Source: Gemmatimonadaceae bacterium (GTDB lineage: Bacteria > Gemmatimonadota > Gemmatimonadetes > Gemmatimonadales > Gemmatimonadaceae). From it: DNA of 64,000 bases. The stretch lies in contig JBGAJQ010000015.1 of assembly GCA_044224875.1 (NCBI GenBank), positions 21,562 to 85,561 on the forward strand, read 5' to 3'. Below, piece by piece: positions 1 to 9,795 of the stretch. The translations under genes were made by a program, and so were the position numbers. The notes under the pieces were generated by a model. It made no database searches. It saw only the letters and a program-made list of their open reading frames with translations, and had not been told where the DNA came from. Position 1 is the stretch's first letter, and every line of letters begins with the position of its first letter.

Positions 1-996
1 GCACGCCGCGCACTCTTCGTTGGCGCGAGTTGTCTCTTGCTCATGGCGTGTGGCGATCCGGCAGCGCCGAGCCCGGTCGTTACGCCAGATCCGGTGTTCA
101 CCGACGTCGGTGGGCTGAGTGGCACGTGGGCCATCGCGCACGCCATCAACGACTACGGGCGCGTCGTTGGGGAAGCCATCACGGCGCAGGGTGAGCTGCA
201 TGCCTTTTCCTGGACCTCCATTGGCGGGGTGCGCGATCTCGGATCGTTAGGCGGTCCGTATGCCGTCGCTTTTGCCATCAACGGGGCCAGCGACATTGTG
301 GGGTGGGCCACCAATTCCGCCCGAACGCCGCGCGCGTTCACGTTCAGCTTTGACCGAGGTATGCGCGAACTGCCCCTGCCGGCCGACGTCCTCTCCAGCG
401 AAGCGTACGACATCAGTGACCATCGGACAGTCATCGGACGTTGGCTCGATGCGACGGGGCGGTCCGTCGCCTTCCGCGGAACAGAGGCCGGCGGTTTGAA
501 GGGGCTGACGACACCTTCGCCGCTCGGTGACGCGCGAGCGACCGGGGTGAACGAGAACGACGAGGTGGCCGGGTACGCTGTGGCGCTCAGCGGGTCGCGT
601 CGCGCGCTCTACTGGTCGGCGACTGGCGTGGCCACCGAACTCGGGACCCTAAGTGGCGACGAGGAAAGCGTCGCGTTAGGCATCAACGACGACGGCTACG
701 TCGTGGGTGCGAGCGGTTCCGTTACCGGCCCTCGACGCGCCTTCCGGTGGAGCCGAACGGAAGGGATGCGCGACCTCGGTGCGTTGCCCGGGATGGACTG
801 GAGCATCGCACGCGCCATCAGCAACAAGGGGCACATCGTCGGCTCGTCGGGGCGGAACACCGGCAATATCGAGCGGGCGTTCATCTGGAGCGAATCCACC
901 GGGATGAAGGACCTCGGCACCCTGTCGGTCGCCGAGGGTAGTGGGAGCGCCGCTTATGGCGTCAACTTCGCCGGGAAGGTCGTTGGTGTGAGCTGA
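1..996 (+). CDS. HAF-repeat extracellular beta-propeller lipoprotein (5' partial; frame open to window edge)
   Basis: Repeated A.AIN..G.VVG...RAF.W....GM.DLG units; lipobox-like LMAC; last repeat cut by a TGA (see findings). Confidence 0.85.
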   Translation, partial: ARRALFVGASCLLLMACGDPAAPSPVVTPDPVFTDVGGLSGTWAIAHAINDYGRVVGEAITAQGELHAFSWTSIGGVRDLGSLGGPYAVAFAINGASDIVGWATNSARTPRAFTFSFDRGMRELPLPADVLSSEAYDISDHRTVIGRWLDATGRSVAFRGTEAGGLKGLTTPSPLGDARATGVNENDEVAGYAVALSGSRRALYWSATGVATELGTLSGDEESVALGINDDGYVVGASGSVTGPRRAFRWSRTEGMRDLGALPGMDWSIARAISNKGHIVGSSGRNTGNIERAFIWSESTGMKDLGTLSVAEGSGSAAYGVNFAGKVVGVS

Positions 997-1345
997 ACGG
1001 GGCTGAAGGCACGCGCGGTCATCTTCCCGTGAACGCTATTCGGTAGAGCCTTCGACCGACGGCCCTTTCCTTCGCGTCGTCGCCTGTCGCTCCCCTGCGC
1101 CCGTAGCTACAGGCGTGTGATTTCTGCTAGGGACGAGGCTCCACTAGGTACAACGGGCGGATTCACGATGGCACCACGCCGTTTGCGGTGACGGGGTCGT
1201 CGCGACATGTTTGCCCGAGAGGCTCTGTTCATTCCGCAGGGAGGGTCCGCTTCATACTCTCCGTCGCCCAAGAGCGAATCGAGCGCGTTGCCCCACTCAC
1301 GCCTAGGATTTGCCTGTAGGACTCAACTTGTCTCCTTCAACAGGC

Positions 1346-3361
1346 ATGCTAACAGATTTCCGACTCGCCCGAACACGTGTGGGACTCGTCGGGTTGCTCC
1401 TGAGCGCAAGCTTTGGATGCCGGGACTCGGCAGGTCCATACGCCGACGGCACTGTCTTGAATCCCGGCGCCGGCAACAGCCTGCAGGTTGCATCGGTGGC
1501 CTTCTTCTCGGCGTTCAATGGTCCGGACGCGCTGGCCCTCGGCGCCGGGTGGCTCGAGGGAAACGAGGTGATGGTCACGACGTGCTGTTCGCCGGCTGGC
1601 TTTGAAATTGACCCATCCTTCATTGAGCGCCATCAGGGGACGCTGTCGTTTCACTACACAGGGACGACAGCGCGTGCCGGCGATGTCTTCACGACGGCTT
1701 TCGCGCGACCGTACGCATACCGCCCACTAGGTGGCTCAGCGACGCTGCCAGCCTCGCTGTCCTTCACGTTCGAACCTTCCACAGATGAACGCCTCGCGTT
1801 TGGCATTGGGTTGATGGACGGGAATCAGGGATTTCGATCGGACCCTTCGCCGGCTGACCTAACGAACACTGCGGTGCCCTTCGACGGCGTCGGAGTTGAG
1901 GTAGGGCGTTCCAGCTGGTTGTCGACGAATTCGACCGTCTACCTTGCGCGTTACGTCATGGGAGTTCCGACGACCCTTGCGTCCTCGGTCACCAGCCAGC
2001 AATTCGAGTCGGGTGAGCGCTACGGCCTCACACTGACAATTGCCGGGAATGGCCAGCTTGACGCGGTTGTCACACGCCTCTCCGATGGGTTTCTCCTCGG
2101 TCGCGTGACCGCGTCGGGGCCGACGCTCGCCAGCCCGAACCAAGTCTTTGTCGTGGACCGGCAAGCCGGGATCAGCTTTGACACACCGACGCCAGGAGAG
2201 TATCGGACGCGGTTCGATGATATCGCCGTTGGGTCTCCCGCCGCTGGATGCGACATCTTCGAGCCAAATGATACGCGGGCGCAGGCGACGACGATCAACA
2301 CGGGAGTAACGATTGCCACGGCCAAGCTCTGCTCCGGAAGCGACGTTGACTACTATCGATTGCGCTTCACCACAACGCAGCGGGTGGTTGCCGAACTGAC
2401 ACCGCCTGCCCAGCACGACTACGATTTGGCCCTGCTCGATGCATCGGGAAACGTCGTGGTCGCGGCGGCGAATCGCTTTGGTTCCGTCAGTAGCAACGAC
2501 CTGCGCGAGACGATTGTACTTCAGGCGGCAGCAGGGACCTATTTCCTGCGCGTCACCGCTTTTAATGACCCGGGCGAGCCGGACGTTCCCTATACGATCG
2601 CGTTCCCGCCCGGGATGTTCGCATTTCCTCTCAGCAACAGAATGGCCGAATCTCCCGGCAACGGTACGCCCGTGGTGGGGGTGGTATCCGTCGTGGACCA
2701 TTCGCCACCAGCGGTGTCCCCTGGCGTCTACTGTGCAAACCAAAGCGTGGTCGACTTCAACGGCGATTCCGGGACCGTGCAAGGCGTTGGTATGCCAGTG
2801 ACGTTCAAATGCTCGAGCACGGGACAGTCGAACGTGCTCTGGGCGTATCGAAAGGCGGACTTTACGCCGTTCAAGGTCAATGGACACTATGTAGGGGACG
2901 GGGGGCGTGCGGACGAACTCAATTACGATGGACATCCAGGCTTCGACTTCAAGACCACCGAGGCCGATCAAGACCCCGGTGGCCTGATCCCGGTTCTTGC
3001 AGTCGCCGACGGCGTGGTGGAATGCGAATGGAACTCGGCACCGAAGTGCCCCGGCGCGAGCGCGGCATCACACCCCTTGGTGATCGATCACGGCAACGGC
3101 TACCAGACGATCTACCTGCACCTCGACCAGCTGCAGGTTGGCGTGCAGAAGGGTTCCATCGTTAGGCGCGGGCAGCAGGTCGGTGTTGCGGGCGCAGCTG
3201 GCCCCGTGGCGCCGCATCTGCACTTCGAAGTCAGGCGTTACCGCAACCTCATGAACCGTGCAGCGCCCGCGATGGTCGTGGACCCATACGGCTGGCGCTC
3301 GACTGCGACGGACGGTCTCGGCCAGGTCACAACGGTGCCCAGCGTACTCCTCTGGCGCTAA
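1346..3361 (+). CDS. Secreted/lipoprotein M23 family metallopeptidase with N-terminal beta-rich and PPC-like domains
   Basis: Signal ending SFGC; DIFEPND...DVDYY PPC-like motif; M23 motifs HPGFD, YLHL, PHLHF. Confidence 0.75.
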   Translation: MLTDFRLARTRVGLVGLLLSASFGCRDSAGPYADGTVLNPGAGNSLQVASVAFFSAFNGPDALALGAGWLEGNEVMVTTCCSPAGFEIDPSFIERHQGTLSFHYTGTTARAGDVFTTAFARPYAYRPLGGSATLPASLSFTFEPSTDERLAFGIGLMDGNQGFRSDPSPADLTNTAVPFDGVGVEVGRSSWLSTNSTVYLARYVMGVPTTLASSVTSQQFESGERYGLTLTIAGNGQLDAVVTRLSDGFLLGRVTASGPTLASPNQVFVVDRQAGISFDTPTPGEYRTRFDDIAVGSPAAGCDIFEPNDTRAQATTINTGVTIATAKLCSGSDVDYYRLRFTTTQRVVAELTPPAQHDYDLALLDASGNVVVAAANRFGSVSSNDLRETIVLQAAAGTYFLRVTAFNDPGEPDVPYTIAFPPGMFAFPLSNRMAESPGNGTPVVGVVSVVDHSPPAVSPGVYCANQSVVDFNGDSGTVQGVGMPVTFKCSSTGQSNVLWAYRKADFTPFKVNGHYVGDGGRADELNYDGHPGFDFKTTEADQDPGGLIPVLAVADGVVECEWNSAPKCPGASAASHPLVIDHGNGYQTIYLHLDQLQVGVQKGSIVRRGQQVGVAGAAGPVAPHLHFEVRRYRNLMNRAAPAMVVDPYGWRSTATDGLGQVTTVPSVLLWR

Positions 3362-3403
3362 CTCGCTCGGCTCGGCCGCCACGCGTACCAGCCACCCCTG
3401 ACG

Positions 3404-4369
3404 TCAGTTCCAGCGCAACCCGCGCAGCTGATCGAGATTCAGGTTCCCACCTGAGAGCACACCGACCACGCGCGACCCACTCGGCAGCTTCACCAATCCG
3501 TGCAGCATCGCCGCCACTGGGGCCGCCGCTGCTCCCTCCACCACGAGCTTGCACCGCTCCATGATCCACACCACGGCGTCGAAAATGTCACGGTCGGGTA
3601 GGGTCACGATCTCATCGACATAACGCTGAACGACCGAGAAGTTGATCTCCCCAGCCCGCTTGACGCGGAGCCCGTCGATCACGGTCTTGCAGTCGATCGT
3701 CTGGAGCGTACCAGCTTCAACACTGCGGAGCATCGCCGGCCCATCCGAGGACTCGACGCCAATCACCCGCACTCGCGGATTGTGGCTCTTCACGGCCATC
3801 GACACGCCGGCAATGAGCCCACCGCCACCGATCGGCACCACGATCGCATCCAGATCCGGCCAGTCCTGTACCACCTCCAGGCCTAACGTCCCTTGCCCGG
3901 CAATCAGCTGTTCATCGTCGAACGGATGCACATACGTCAGCCCCTGCGTGCGCACCAGCTCCTTCGCCTTCTCGTTGGCCTCATCCCAGATGGTGCCGTG
4001 CAGCACGACCTCGCCACCGTACGCCTTGGTCGCCGCAATCTTCGCCGGAGTCGCGTTCTCAGCCATGCAGATCACGGCACGAATGCCGTGTATGCGCGCG
4101 GCCAGCGCGACGCCCTGCGCGTGGTTCCCTGCCGACGAGCACACGACGCCGCGACGCTTCTCGTCCTCGGACATGAGCGCGAACTTGTTCAATGGTCCAC
4201 GGATCTTGTATGACCCTACACGCTGAAACAGCTCGGCCTTCAAGCGCACGTCAAAGCCCGTCAGCTCGTTCAACTGCCGGCTCGTGAGCAGCGGCGTGCG
4301 CCTGATGTGAGGGGCGATACGATCGCGCACCTCCTGAAAGTCCTTCAGCGTCAGTGAGAACATGGTCAC
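3404..4369 (-). CDS. Threonine/serine ammonia-lyase (PLP fold II, no ACT domain)
   Basis: ELFQRVGSYKIRG, SAGNHAQG, PIGGGGL, SGGN motifs. Confidence 0.9.
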   Translation of the reverse strand: MTMFSLTLKDFQEVRDRIAPHIRRTPLLTSRQLNELTGFDVRLKAELFQRVGSYKIRGPLNKFALMSEDEKRRGVVCSSAGNHAQGVALAARIHGIRAVICMAENATPAKIAATKAYGGEVVLHGTIWDEANEKAKELVRTQGLTYVHPFDDEQLIAGQGTLGLEVVQDWPDLDAIVVPIGGGGLIAGVSMAVKSHNPRVRVIGVESSDGPAMLRSVEAGTLQTIDCKTVIDGLRVKRAGEINFSVVQRYVDEIVTLPDRDIFDAVVWIMERCKLVVEGAAAAPVAAMLHGLVKLPSGSRVVGVLSGGNLNLDQLRGLRWN

Positions 4370-4671
4370 TCGAGGTTAGCGCGTTGGCCGCGATGCAACG
4401 GAGAGCGGGTCTTGAGCAGCTCGAAACTACGTAGCGGGCGTGAGGGCGTGAGGGCGTAGGTAGGCAGCAGCGTGACGAACCGTCGCCAACGTCCCGCCCC
4501 GGCGTCCGTCCAGTTCAAACGAGCCGCCCGCAGGCATCGCCTCGTGGACGCGATCGTGAGGCAGCACCTTGCGGCGCCCGGGTCCGGGTTCAGATTGCCG
4601 TATTGTACGTCGGCAATTTATCACGGCCGCCCCCCGCGGTACCAGAACGGCACGTTTGAACCATCGGATCG

Positions 4672-5709
4672 ATGAACACTCACGGTGAGGCGGAGAGGGG
4701 ACTCTCCCTGGCCGGTCGCCGGTTGCTGGCGATCGCCGCGTACTACGTGGCTGTGGCGATCGGCATCCTGATCGCGTGGCGGTACGCGCCAGCCGCCCTC
4801 TCCGCGCTGGGCGGCAAGGGCGCGGCGCAGCTGGTGGGGGCACCGGGCGACGTGGTCTCGCGGTCGGGGCTGCAGTCTGAGGTCCTCGCCCCGCTCGCAC
4901 CCGCCGCCACGCAAGCGAGCGCAACGCTTGCTGCGTTAGGCGGGGCATTGGCGACCGCGCTGCCAGTGGCCCTGGTGTATTCCCTGACACGACGCCGGAA
5001 GGGCTTTGCCCAGTCGATGGTTCACCTGCTGCTGTTGCTGCCCATTGCCGTCGCGGGAATGGTCGTGCTCATCCAGCATAGCCTGGCGTTGGCGTTCAGC
5101 CTGGCGGGAATCGTCGCCGTGCTGCGTTTTCGCAATTCCCTCGAGGACGTGAAGGACGGGGTCTTTGTCTTTGTCGCGGTGAGCATCGGGATGTCGGCGG
5201 CGGTGGGTGCATTGGCCATCGGACTCGTCACCTCGGCCGTGTTCAATGCCTGTGTGCTCTTGCTGTGGTGGCTGGACTTTGCGCGACGCGCCACACCCGA
5301 CGCGCGTGAGGGCTGGCGAAAGTTCGCGCGACTCCCGAAGGTCGCCGCCCCGTCGACGCCGACGGCGGAGCGCACGGCGGAAGCGCGCGAAGAGGGAGAC
5401 GCCGTCTTTGCGGAAGCTGCCCGCGCCTGGCGTCGCCAGCTCCAAATCACGTCCGAATTTCGTGCCGCCACGCCGGCCAAGTCGGCGACGGCACAACTGC
5501 ACATCCGCTCATCCTCACCGGACGCCACGCGCCAGGCAGTCGAGCCGATCCTCGGCGCGCGCGCCAAACGGTGGGAGCTGACGGGGGTCGTGCGTGAGGG
5601 CGAGACGAGCACGCTCAAGTACCGCGTTCGCATGAAGCGCAGCGAGCGCGCCGCCTTCCTGGAGACACTCCGCTCGACGCCGACGGTCGACGGCGCAGAA
5701 TGGCGGTGA
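4672..5709 (+). CDS. DUF4956 family membrane protein
   Basis: SLALAFSLAGIVAVLRFRNSLED.KD signature; several TM helices; C-terminal soluble domain. Confidence 0.85.
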   Translation: MNTHGEAERGLSLAGRRLLAIAAYYVAVAIGILIAWRYAPAALSALGGKGAAQLVGAPGDVVSRSGLQSEVLAPLAPAATQASATLAALGGALATALPVALVYSLTRRRKGFAQSMVHLLLLLPIAVAGMVVLIQHSLALAFSLAGIVAVLRFRNSLEDVKDGVFVFVAVSIGMSAAVGALAIGLVTSAVFNACVLLLWWLDFARRATPDAREGWRKFARLPKVAAPSTPTAERTAEAREEGDAVFAEAARAWRRQLQITSEFRAATPAKSATAQLHIRSSSPDATRQAVEPILGARAKRWELTGVVREGETSTLKYRVRMKRSERAAFLETLRSTPTVDGAEWR

Positions 5710-5719
5710 CGGTGTTCAA

Positions 5720-8700
5720 ATGATGAACCCTGCCGCGGTTGCCCGCTGGGATGTGCCGTCCGCCGAGGTCCTGTTGCGCCATCGGCGTGAGCCGTTTCCG
5801 CTGGGCCTGCGCGCCTCCGAGGCCCAGCGCACGTTCTTTCGCGACGTCTTCTACGACACCCCCGACCAGAGCCTGCGCGCCCGGAGTGTGACCTGCCGCC
5901 TACGGCACCAGGCGGACGGTATCGTGCAGCTGACGGTGTCGTTCCTGGACGAGCGAGGTTCGGAAGTCGATCGCCTTCGGGCCGAGGCGACGGGGTCCAG
6001 CACCGATATCCCCGGCCTGCTGACGGGGGCCAACCCGGCGGCCCACTTGTTGTCGTCCATCATCAATCCCGCATCGCTCAGCGCACAGCTCGAACTCGAG
6101 GTCGAACGACATACGCGAGAAGCCGGTGGCCGCTGGTGGTGGGACGCGCGCTATTCGGTGGCGTACGACAGCGTGACGGTGCGGGCCGCGGGCATTGCCC
6201 ACACATTCCACGAGATCTTGCTGTACCGTCGCCGAAACGGACGGCCGTCGGGCGAGCAGGTCGCCAACGCCTTGGCTCAGCAGCTCTCCCTGCGCACGGT
6301 GACCGTGGACCGTCGCGAGCGCGGCGAGCAACTGCGTCTGGCGTCAGAGAGCGAGGCCCTGGCGCGCAAGGTGGGGCAGGGGCGTTGGGTGGTCATTGCG
6401 GCGCTCGATGGAGCGCACATCGCCTCGCTGACATCCCCTGGCACGAAGCGCCTGCCGAGTGCGGAAGGAAGTGGTGAGGAGGCCTGTCGGCACCTGCTCC
6501 GTCGCACCCTTGGCAGTGCTGTAGGGGACCTGAGGCTTCTCACAACCGTCAACGGCGAGGGCCGGCTGGCGACGTTGGAGCTGTGGATCTGCACCCATGC
6601 CGATCGCTCGGCGAAAGCCAGCGAAGGGTTGGTCTGGCTGCCCATCGAGCAGATGTTGGCGCGGATTGGGTCATCGGAGATTTCGGACCCGCCGACGCTC
6701 GCTGCGCTGACGACGCTGGCACGATCGCCGGTCTTGCGACAACTCGTCGCGCGGCCGTCCGCCGATGGCGTCGAGGCCAGACGACAGGAGCGTCATACGC
6801 CGGCGGCGGCGTGGACGCCTGACGAACACGGCCCGAGACTCAACGCCGAAGAGAGTCTCATCGCATTCAACGCGCGGGTGCTGGCGTTGGCCGAGGATCC
6901 GGCGGTGCCATTGCTGGAGCGACTGCGCTTCCTGGCGATCGTGTCGTCGAACATGGACGAATTCTTCGCAGTTCAAGCTGGCGGGTTAAAGTACGACGGC
7001 GGTGACGCAGGGGAGGAATCGGACGCGACCAGGAGCGCGCAGTCCCGGTTGCTGAACGCTGCCCGCCATGCACGCGCCCTGACCGAACGGCAGTGCCAGA
7101 CGGCCACGCGGTGTCTCGCCGAACTCCCGGGTGCTGGGATCCACGTGCGTGGGATGAACGAAGTGACGGCGGCGCAACGTGAGCAGTTGAACGCCTACTT
7201 TCGGAGCGTGGTGCTGCCGTACCTGACGCCACGTGCGATAACTGCCACCCCGGGGCATTCGCTGCCGGTGGTCGCCGACCGCGCCATGTGCTTCGCGGTG
7301 GCCTTGCGTGAAGGGAGTGACGGCCCATTGCACCTGGCGGAAATGACGTTGCCGGCGGCCGTACCACGCTTCGTGCCGCTTTCGGATCGCATGGAGTTCG
7401 TCAGGGTCGAGGACCTGATTCGGCAGGAACTCGGGCGCGTGTACCCCGGCCGTCGCGTGGTCGAGGCGGCACTCTTTCGCGTGACACGTTTTGCCGATCT
7501 CGGTGTGGATGAAGGGCGCGCAGGCGACTTGCGACAGGCAGTACAGGAACACGCCGAGCGACGGCGACACCGACCGATTGTTCGCATCGAAGTCGCGCAG
7601 GAGATGTCGGGATCCGTTCGCGGACTGCTATTGCGTGAGCTGCTGCTCGAGCCGGGCGTCGGCGCGGGGAGCCTGACAAGCGACGACCTCTACGACGTGC
7701 CGGGCATGATGGATCTGGAGGGCCTGAAGCAGCTGGCGGACCTGCCCCAGCCCGCTCTCGCCTTTCCGCAGGTGCTTCCGGCGGCTCCGTTCGCCGACGT
7801 TTCGTCGCTGTGGGACGCGATCAAGGAACGGGACCTCATGGTCCACCACCCGTATGAGGATTTCTCGAGTACGGTGGTTCGCTTCTTCAACGATGCCGCC
7901 GACGATCCTGATGTACCCGTGATCAAGGCGACGCTGTACCGGTCGGGCGAGCGGTCAGCGATTGTCGATGCACTGCGGCGTGCCGCCGCCGCTGGTAAGG
8001 ACGTGACGGTGTTTGTGGAATTGAAGGCGCGCTTCGACGAGGCGCGCAATGTCCAATGGACCAGACGCCTCGAGGCCGATGGCGTGCATGTGGTGCAGGG
8101 CCTTCCCGGATACAAGAATCACGCGAAAGTCGCGCTCGTTATGCGCCAGGAGGCGGGCCGACCGCAGCGCTACGTCCACGTCGGTACGGGGAACTACAAC
8201 GCGGGAACGGCGCGCGTCTACACCGACCTGGGGTTGTTCACCGCGCGTCCCGAGATCTGTGACGATATCACGGACCTGTTCAACACGCTTACCGGGAGCT
8301 CTTCACCGACCGCGGTCGCGTACAGGGAGTGCCTCGTGGCACCGCATGGATTGCTGCCGGGCGTGCTCTCACGCATCGCTCGCGAGGCCGCGCACGCAAA
8401 GGCCGGTCGCGAGGCACGCATTCGCATGAAAGTGAACGGACTTTCGGACGTTGAGGTCATCGACGCGCTCTACAGCGCCGCCAAGGTTGGCGTATTCATT
8501 GACCTGGTGGTGCGAGGTATCTGCACCCTTTCGACATCTGTATCTGAGCGCATTCGGGTCGTGAGTTTGCTCGGTCGGTTCTTGGAGCACGCGCGTATCT
8601 ACACGTTCGCGAACGATGGGGACCCCGAGTACTTCATCGGGTCGGCAGACCTTCGGCCGCGCAACCTGCGTCGTCGGGTCGAAGTGCTGGCGCCCGTGCA

Positions 8701-8884
8701 CGACCCCGTACTGCGCCAACGACTGGACGAAGTGCTGGATGTGGAGCTGTCGGATCCCGCGGCGTGGGACCTCACACCGGACGGCAAGTACGTCAGGCGT
8801 GGAGCAGGACTCGGTGACCCGCGAAGTGCCCAGACCCGCTTTGGCCAGTACGCCCCGGTTACGACGGACGCGAGTCGCGTATGA
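5720..8884 (+). CDS. ppk1: Polyphosphate kinase 1 with N-terminal CYTH-like and Nudix-like extensions
   Basis: FNARVL..A....PLLERLRFLAIVSSNMDEFF, HHPYEDF, ELKARFDE, KNHAK, FLEHARI, RNLRRRVE; ~370 extra N-terminal aa with DVFYDTPD..L......RLR. Confidence 0.92.
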   Translation: MMNPAAVARWDVPSAEVLLRHRREPFPLGLRASEAQRTFFRDVFYDTPDQSLRARSVTCRLRHQADGIVQLTVSFLDERGSEVDRLRAEATGSSTDIPGLLTGANPAAHLLSSIINPASLSAQLELEVERHTREAGGRWWWDARYSVAYDSVTVRAAGIAHTFHEILLYRRRNGRPSGEQVANALAQQLSLRTVTVDRRERGEQLRLASESEALARKVGQGRWVVIAALDGAHIASLTSPGTKRLPSAEGSGEEACRHLLRRTLGSAVGDLRLLTTVNGEGRLATLELWICTHADRSAKASEGLVWLPIEQMLARIGSSEISDPPTLAALTTLARSPVLRQLVARPSADGVEARRQERHTPAAAWTPDEHGPRLNAEESLIAFNARVLALAEDPAVPLLERLRFLAIVSSNMDEFFAVQAGGLKYDGGDAGEESDATRSAQSRLLNAARHARALTERQCQTATRCLAELPGAGIHVRGMNEVTAAQREQLNAYFRSVVLPYLTPRAITATPGHSLPVVADRAMCFAVALREGSDGPLHLAEMTLPAAVPRFVPLSDRMEFVRVEDLIRQELGRVYPGRRVVEAALFRVTRFADLGVDEGRAGDLRQAVQEHAERRRHRPIVRIEVAQEMSGSVRGLLLRELLLEPGVGAGSLTSDDLYDVPGMMDLEGLKQLADLPQPALAFPQVLPAAPFADVSSLWDAIKERDLMVHHPYEDFSSTVVRFFNDAADDPDVPVIKATLYRSGERSAIVDALRRAAAAGKDVTVFVELKARFDEARNVQWTRRLEADGVHVVQGLPGYKNHAKVALVMRQEAGRPQRYVHVGTGNYNAGTARVYTDLGLFTARPEICDDITDLFNTLTGSSSPTAVAYRECLVAPHGLLPGVLSRIAREAAHAKAGREARIRMKVNGLSDVEVIDALYSAAKVGVFIDLVVRGICTLSTSVSERIRVVSLLGRFLEHARIYTFANDGDPEYFIGSADLRPRNLRRRVEVLAPVHDPVLRQRLDEVLDVELSDPAAWDLTPDGKYVRRGAGLGDPRSAQTRFGQYAPVTTDASRV

Positions 8885-9795
8885 CATGGCTACGAGCGCT
8901 GCACCGACCCTGCCGTCCACTGCGCCGGCGAGCGATCCGCGGCAGTCTGGCTGCGTTGTTGCTGTCGGCCGTGAGTGGGGCGCAGCGCCCCGCAGGTTCG
9001 CCGAAGGCCGAGACAGCGCTGGAACGATTCGACCTGCGACGCCCGACCGCCCGTCACGCACTGCCGCACGGCTTGCGCGAGATCTCGGGATTGGCAGTCA
9101 CCCCAGATGGAAGGGTGTTCACGCATAACGACGAGCACGCCGTGGTTTCGGAAATCGAGCCATGTACGGGCCGTGTGGTGAAGTCGTTCGCCCTTGGGAC
9201 ACCTCCGTTACGCGCGGACTTGGAGGGCATCGCCGTGGCCGGCGATCGCATGTTCATGGTGACGAGCACCGGGATCCTGCTGCAATTCAAGGAAGGTGCG
9301 AACGGAGCGACGGTCCCCTTCACCTCGATCGATACAGGGTTCGGGCGGGCGTGCGAGCTCGAGGGGCTGGCGTTTGAGCCGGCGGATCGGTCGCTGTTGT
9401 TTGGATGCAAAGAACCAAGACAAGCGGTGCGTCACCCACCCGTGTTGCTTTGGCGCTGGTCGGTGGATCGTAACGCGCCGGCCAACCCAGACCGGGTCAC
9501 TATCGTCAGGGCGCCACTGGTCGAGGCGATCGGCAGCAAGTCATTCCGGACGGCGAGCTTGGAACGCGACCCGCGCACCGGACACTACCTGATGGTTGCC
9601 GGGCCGGAACGCGTATTGGCCGAAGTCACCACCGCCGGCGAGGTACTGGCGACCGCCAAGCTGCGACCAGACGTGCATCGGCGGCCGGAGGGATTGACGC
9701 TGCTTGGTGACTCGGTGCTCGTGATTGCGGATGAAGGCGGGAACGGGCGAGGCACCATCGCCTGCTACCGCAGCACCACACTCAAGAAGCGTTAG
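8881..9795 (+). CDS. SdiA-regulated (YjiK-like) secreted beta-propeller protein
   Basis: EISGL, HNDE, DLEGIA, ELEGLA, PEGL, IADEG repeats; signal-like N-terminus; ATGA overlap with ppk1. Confidence 0.75.
   Translation: MTWLRALHRPCRPLRRRAIRGSLAALLLSAVSGAQRPAGSPKAETALERFDLRRPTARHALPHGLREISGLAVTPDGRVFTHNDEHAVVSEIEPCTGRVVKSFALGTPPLRADLEGIAVAGDRMFMVTSTGILLQFKEGANGATVPFTSIDTGFGRACELEGLAFEPADRSLLFGCKEPRQAVRHPPVLLWRWSVDRNAPANPDRVTIVRAPLVEAIGSKSFRTASLERDPRTGHYLMVAGPERVLAEVTTAGEVLATAKLRPDVHRRPEGLTLLGDSVLVIADEGGNGRGTIACYRSTTLKKR

Noticed and set aside
4436..4458. Short GGGCGTGA tandem repeat in an intergenic region
   Set aside because: Under three copies of an 8-mer in GC-rich DNA; no support for function
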